The notes beneath the pieces were generated by a model. The model made no database searches. It saw only the letters and a list, made by a program, of their open reading frames with translations, and was not told the origin of the DNA. 6,043 nt of DNA from a virus: positions 1 to 6,043 of IMG/VR virus record IMGVR_UViG_3300020029_000007; one strand, 5' to 3'. Of the stretch, positions 5,328 through 6,043 are shown in pieces. Every line of letters starts with the position of its first letter. The first letter of the stretch is position 1. The translations under genes were made by a program, and so were the position numbers.

Positions 5328-6043
5328 TGGCTTGTTCGTCTCCCATATGGATACGTAATCGTCGTTATTTTGACAAGAAGAATCCTTGTCGCGATGGTTC
5401 TGATGTTGCTAAGTCTGCCTTAGCACTTCGACCCTGGGATATTTCTCGCTTGTGGCTGATGGTCCCGTGCGGAAAGTGCGAAGACTGCTTGCGTCGTCAG
5501 CGTAACGATTGGTTTGTTCGACTTGAGCGTGAGCTTGCTCGTTGTAAAGCCGATTCTCAGCAGGCTATTTTTATTACGATAACTATAGCTCCTAAGTATT
5601 ACGAGGAAGCATTGATTAATCCGACTCGTTTTATTCGACGGTGGAACGAGCGTGTCCGTCATAGCCTTGGTCACTCCTTTAAACATGCGTTTTTCCAGGA
5701 GTTTGGCACCCACCCTGAAATTGGCTCTGAGCCGCGCCTACATTTCCATGGTTTTCTCTTTGGGACCAACGTCTTATACAACGAAATCCGAAAGGCTGTT
5801 GGAGACCTTGGTTTTGTTTGGCTCGGAAAAGGTACGCACAAACGAGCTCGATATGTTGTTAAATATGTTACTAAGCAAATTCAATTTAATCCCGAAGAGA
5901 TTTCGGACAAATATGTTACTGTAGATGGAAAACTTACACCTTTATCTTGCCTCCTCCAACATCGCCGTTATACGCGAAAATTCGTATCTGCTGGCGTTGG
6001 TGATTTTCTTGGTTATATGCCTCGCCCTTCTGCTCGTGTTTCG
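5327..6043 (+). CDS. VP4: Replication initiation protein (Rep, VP4 / protein A family, HUH endonuclease), N-terminal 239 codons; open at the window end and continues at 122..475
   Basis: Manual translation from ATG 5327 gives a Cys cluster PCGKCEDCLRRQRNDW. Motif I AIFITITIAP begins around 5570. The HUH motif is LHFHGFLF (H at 5741). The active-site motif is ARYVVKYVTK (Y176 at 5852, Y180), matching the Y-x-x-K-Y double tyrosine of the phiX174 A protein family. The frame has no stop through 6043. It is absent from the ORF track only because it has no stop inside the window. Confidence 0.93.
   Translation, partial: MACSSPIWIRNRRYFDKKNPCRDGSDVAKSALALRPWDISRLWLMVPCGKCEDCLRRQRNDWFVRLERELARCKADSQQAIFITITIAPKYYEEALINPTRFIRRWNERVRHSLGHSFKHAFFQEFGTHPEIGSEPRLHFHGFLFGTNVLYNEIRKAVGDLGFVWLGKGTHKRARYVVKYVTKQIQFNPEEISDKYVTVDGKLTPLSCLLQHRRYTRKFVSAGVGDFLGYMPRPSARVS
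5923..6043. repeat. Terminal direct repeat, copy 2 (identical to 1..121)
   Basis: Same 121-nt string as the window start, beginning at the 'agatggaaaac' of 'gtagatggaaaac' (5921..). Confidence 0.96.

Larger units (their letters stand above)
1..5922 (+). other. One complete unit of a circular Microviridae ssDNA phage genome (5,922 nt); 5923..6043 repeats 1..121
   Basis: The window holds the Microviridae core set (major capsid, pilot protein, HUH Rep). All are co-oriented with 1-133 nt spacers. The two window ends are identical over 121 nt, and the Rep reading frame closes across that junction. Confidence 0.93.

Noticed and set aside
5065-5358. 97-aa hydrophobic ORF overlapping the 66-aa basic ORF
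   Set aside because: It begins with TTG inside the loop of the terminator hairpin (5063..5069). It is in the same T-wobble-driven frame as the other hydrophobic artefacts, and it would read past the Rep start. The ATG-initiated 5127..5327 frame, with its clean TGATG coupling to Rep, is the better model.
20-5713. All minus-strand ORFs in the track (20..358, 464..724, 1379..1717, 2045..2227, 3523..3738, 4171..4524, 4668..5015, 5420..5713)
   Set aside because: Each lies antisense to a well-supported + strand gene. Their translations are R/K/N/I-rich, as expected from reading the complement of a T-rich coding strand. Microviridae encode all genes on one strand. 4171..4524 would also run through the VP2 stop and the promoter-like spacer.
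1-6043. Stop-codon reassignment (TAG or TGA recoding), prompted by the TAG-ATG junction at 5922..5927
   Set aside because: VP1, VP2 and Rep are intact with no in-frame TAG, TGA or TAA under the standard bacterial code. TAG, TAA and TGA all serve as sensible gene ends directly followed by the next start.
1-6043. tRNA, rRNA, CRISPR array, or defence/anti-defence operon signatures
   Set aside because: There are no cloverleaf-capable segments outside coding sequence. There are no spaced direct-repeat arrays. The only non-coding spacers (133, 72, 23 and 120 nt) are accounted for by hairpins and promoter-like sequence.

Overview
The window is one complete circular Microviridae (small ssDNA phage) genome of 5,922 nt. 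It was linearised inside the replication-initiator gene and carries an exact 121-nt terminal redundancy (1..121 = 5923..6043). All credible genes are on the + strand, which is T-rich, and are tightly packed. In order they are:
- Rep/VP4 C-terminal part (..475)
- major capsid protein VP1 (479..2278)
- an acidic 98-aa protein (2291..2587)
- a 133-nt structured non-coding spacer
- a 63-aa predicted lipoprotein (2721..2912)
- pilot/minor capsid protein VP2 (2914..4281)
- a promoter-like AT-rich spacer
- three ORFans (4354..4659, 4683..5006, 5127..5327), with an intrinsic-terminator-like hairpin before the third
- Rep/VP4 N-terminal part (5327..6043, wrapping to 475; 356 aa in total)

Rep carries motif I, an HUH motif and a YVVKY double-tyrosine motif. 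No start codon has a Shine-Dalgarno sequence, and one spacer matches the Bacteroides-type TTTG / TAnnTTTG promoter. Both point to a Bacteroidota host and a non-Bullavirinae (alpavirus- or gokushovirus-like) lineage.

The observations most worth follow-up are:
- the stand-alone lipobox lipoprotein gene, a candidate lysis or exclusion factor
- the nested hairpin spacer after the capsid module
- the ORFan cassette between VP2 and Rep
- a long hydrophobic ORF overprinted on Rep, which may only be a by-product of a T-rich wobble position

No tRNA, rRNA, CRISPR array, transposase or integrase was seen.
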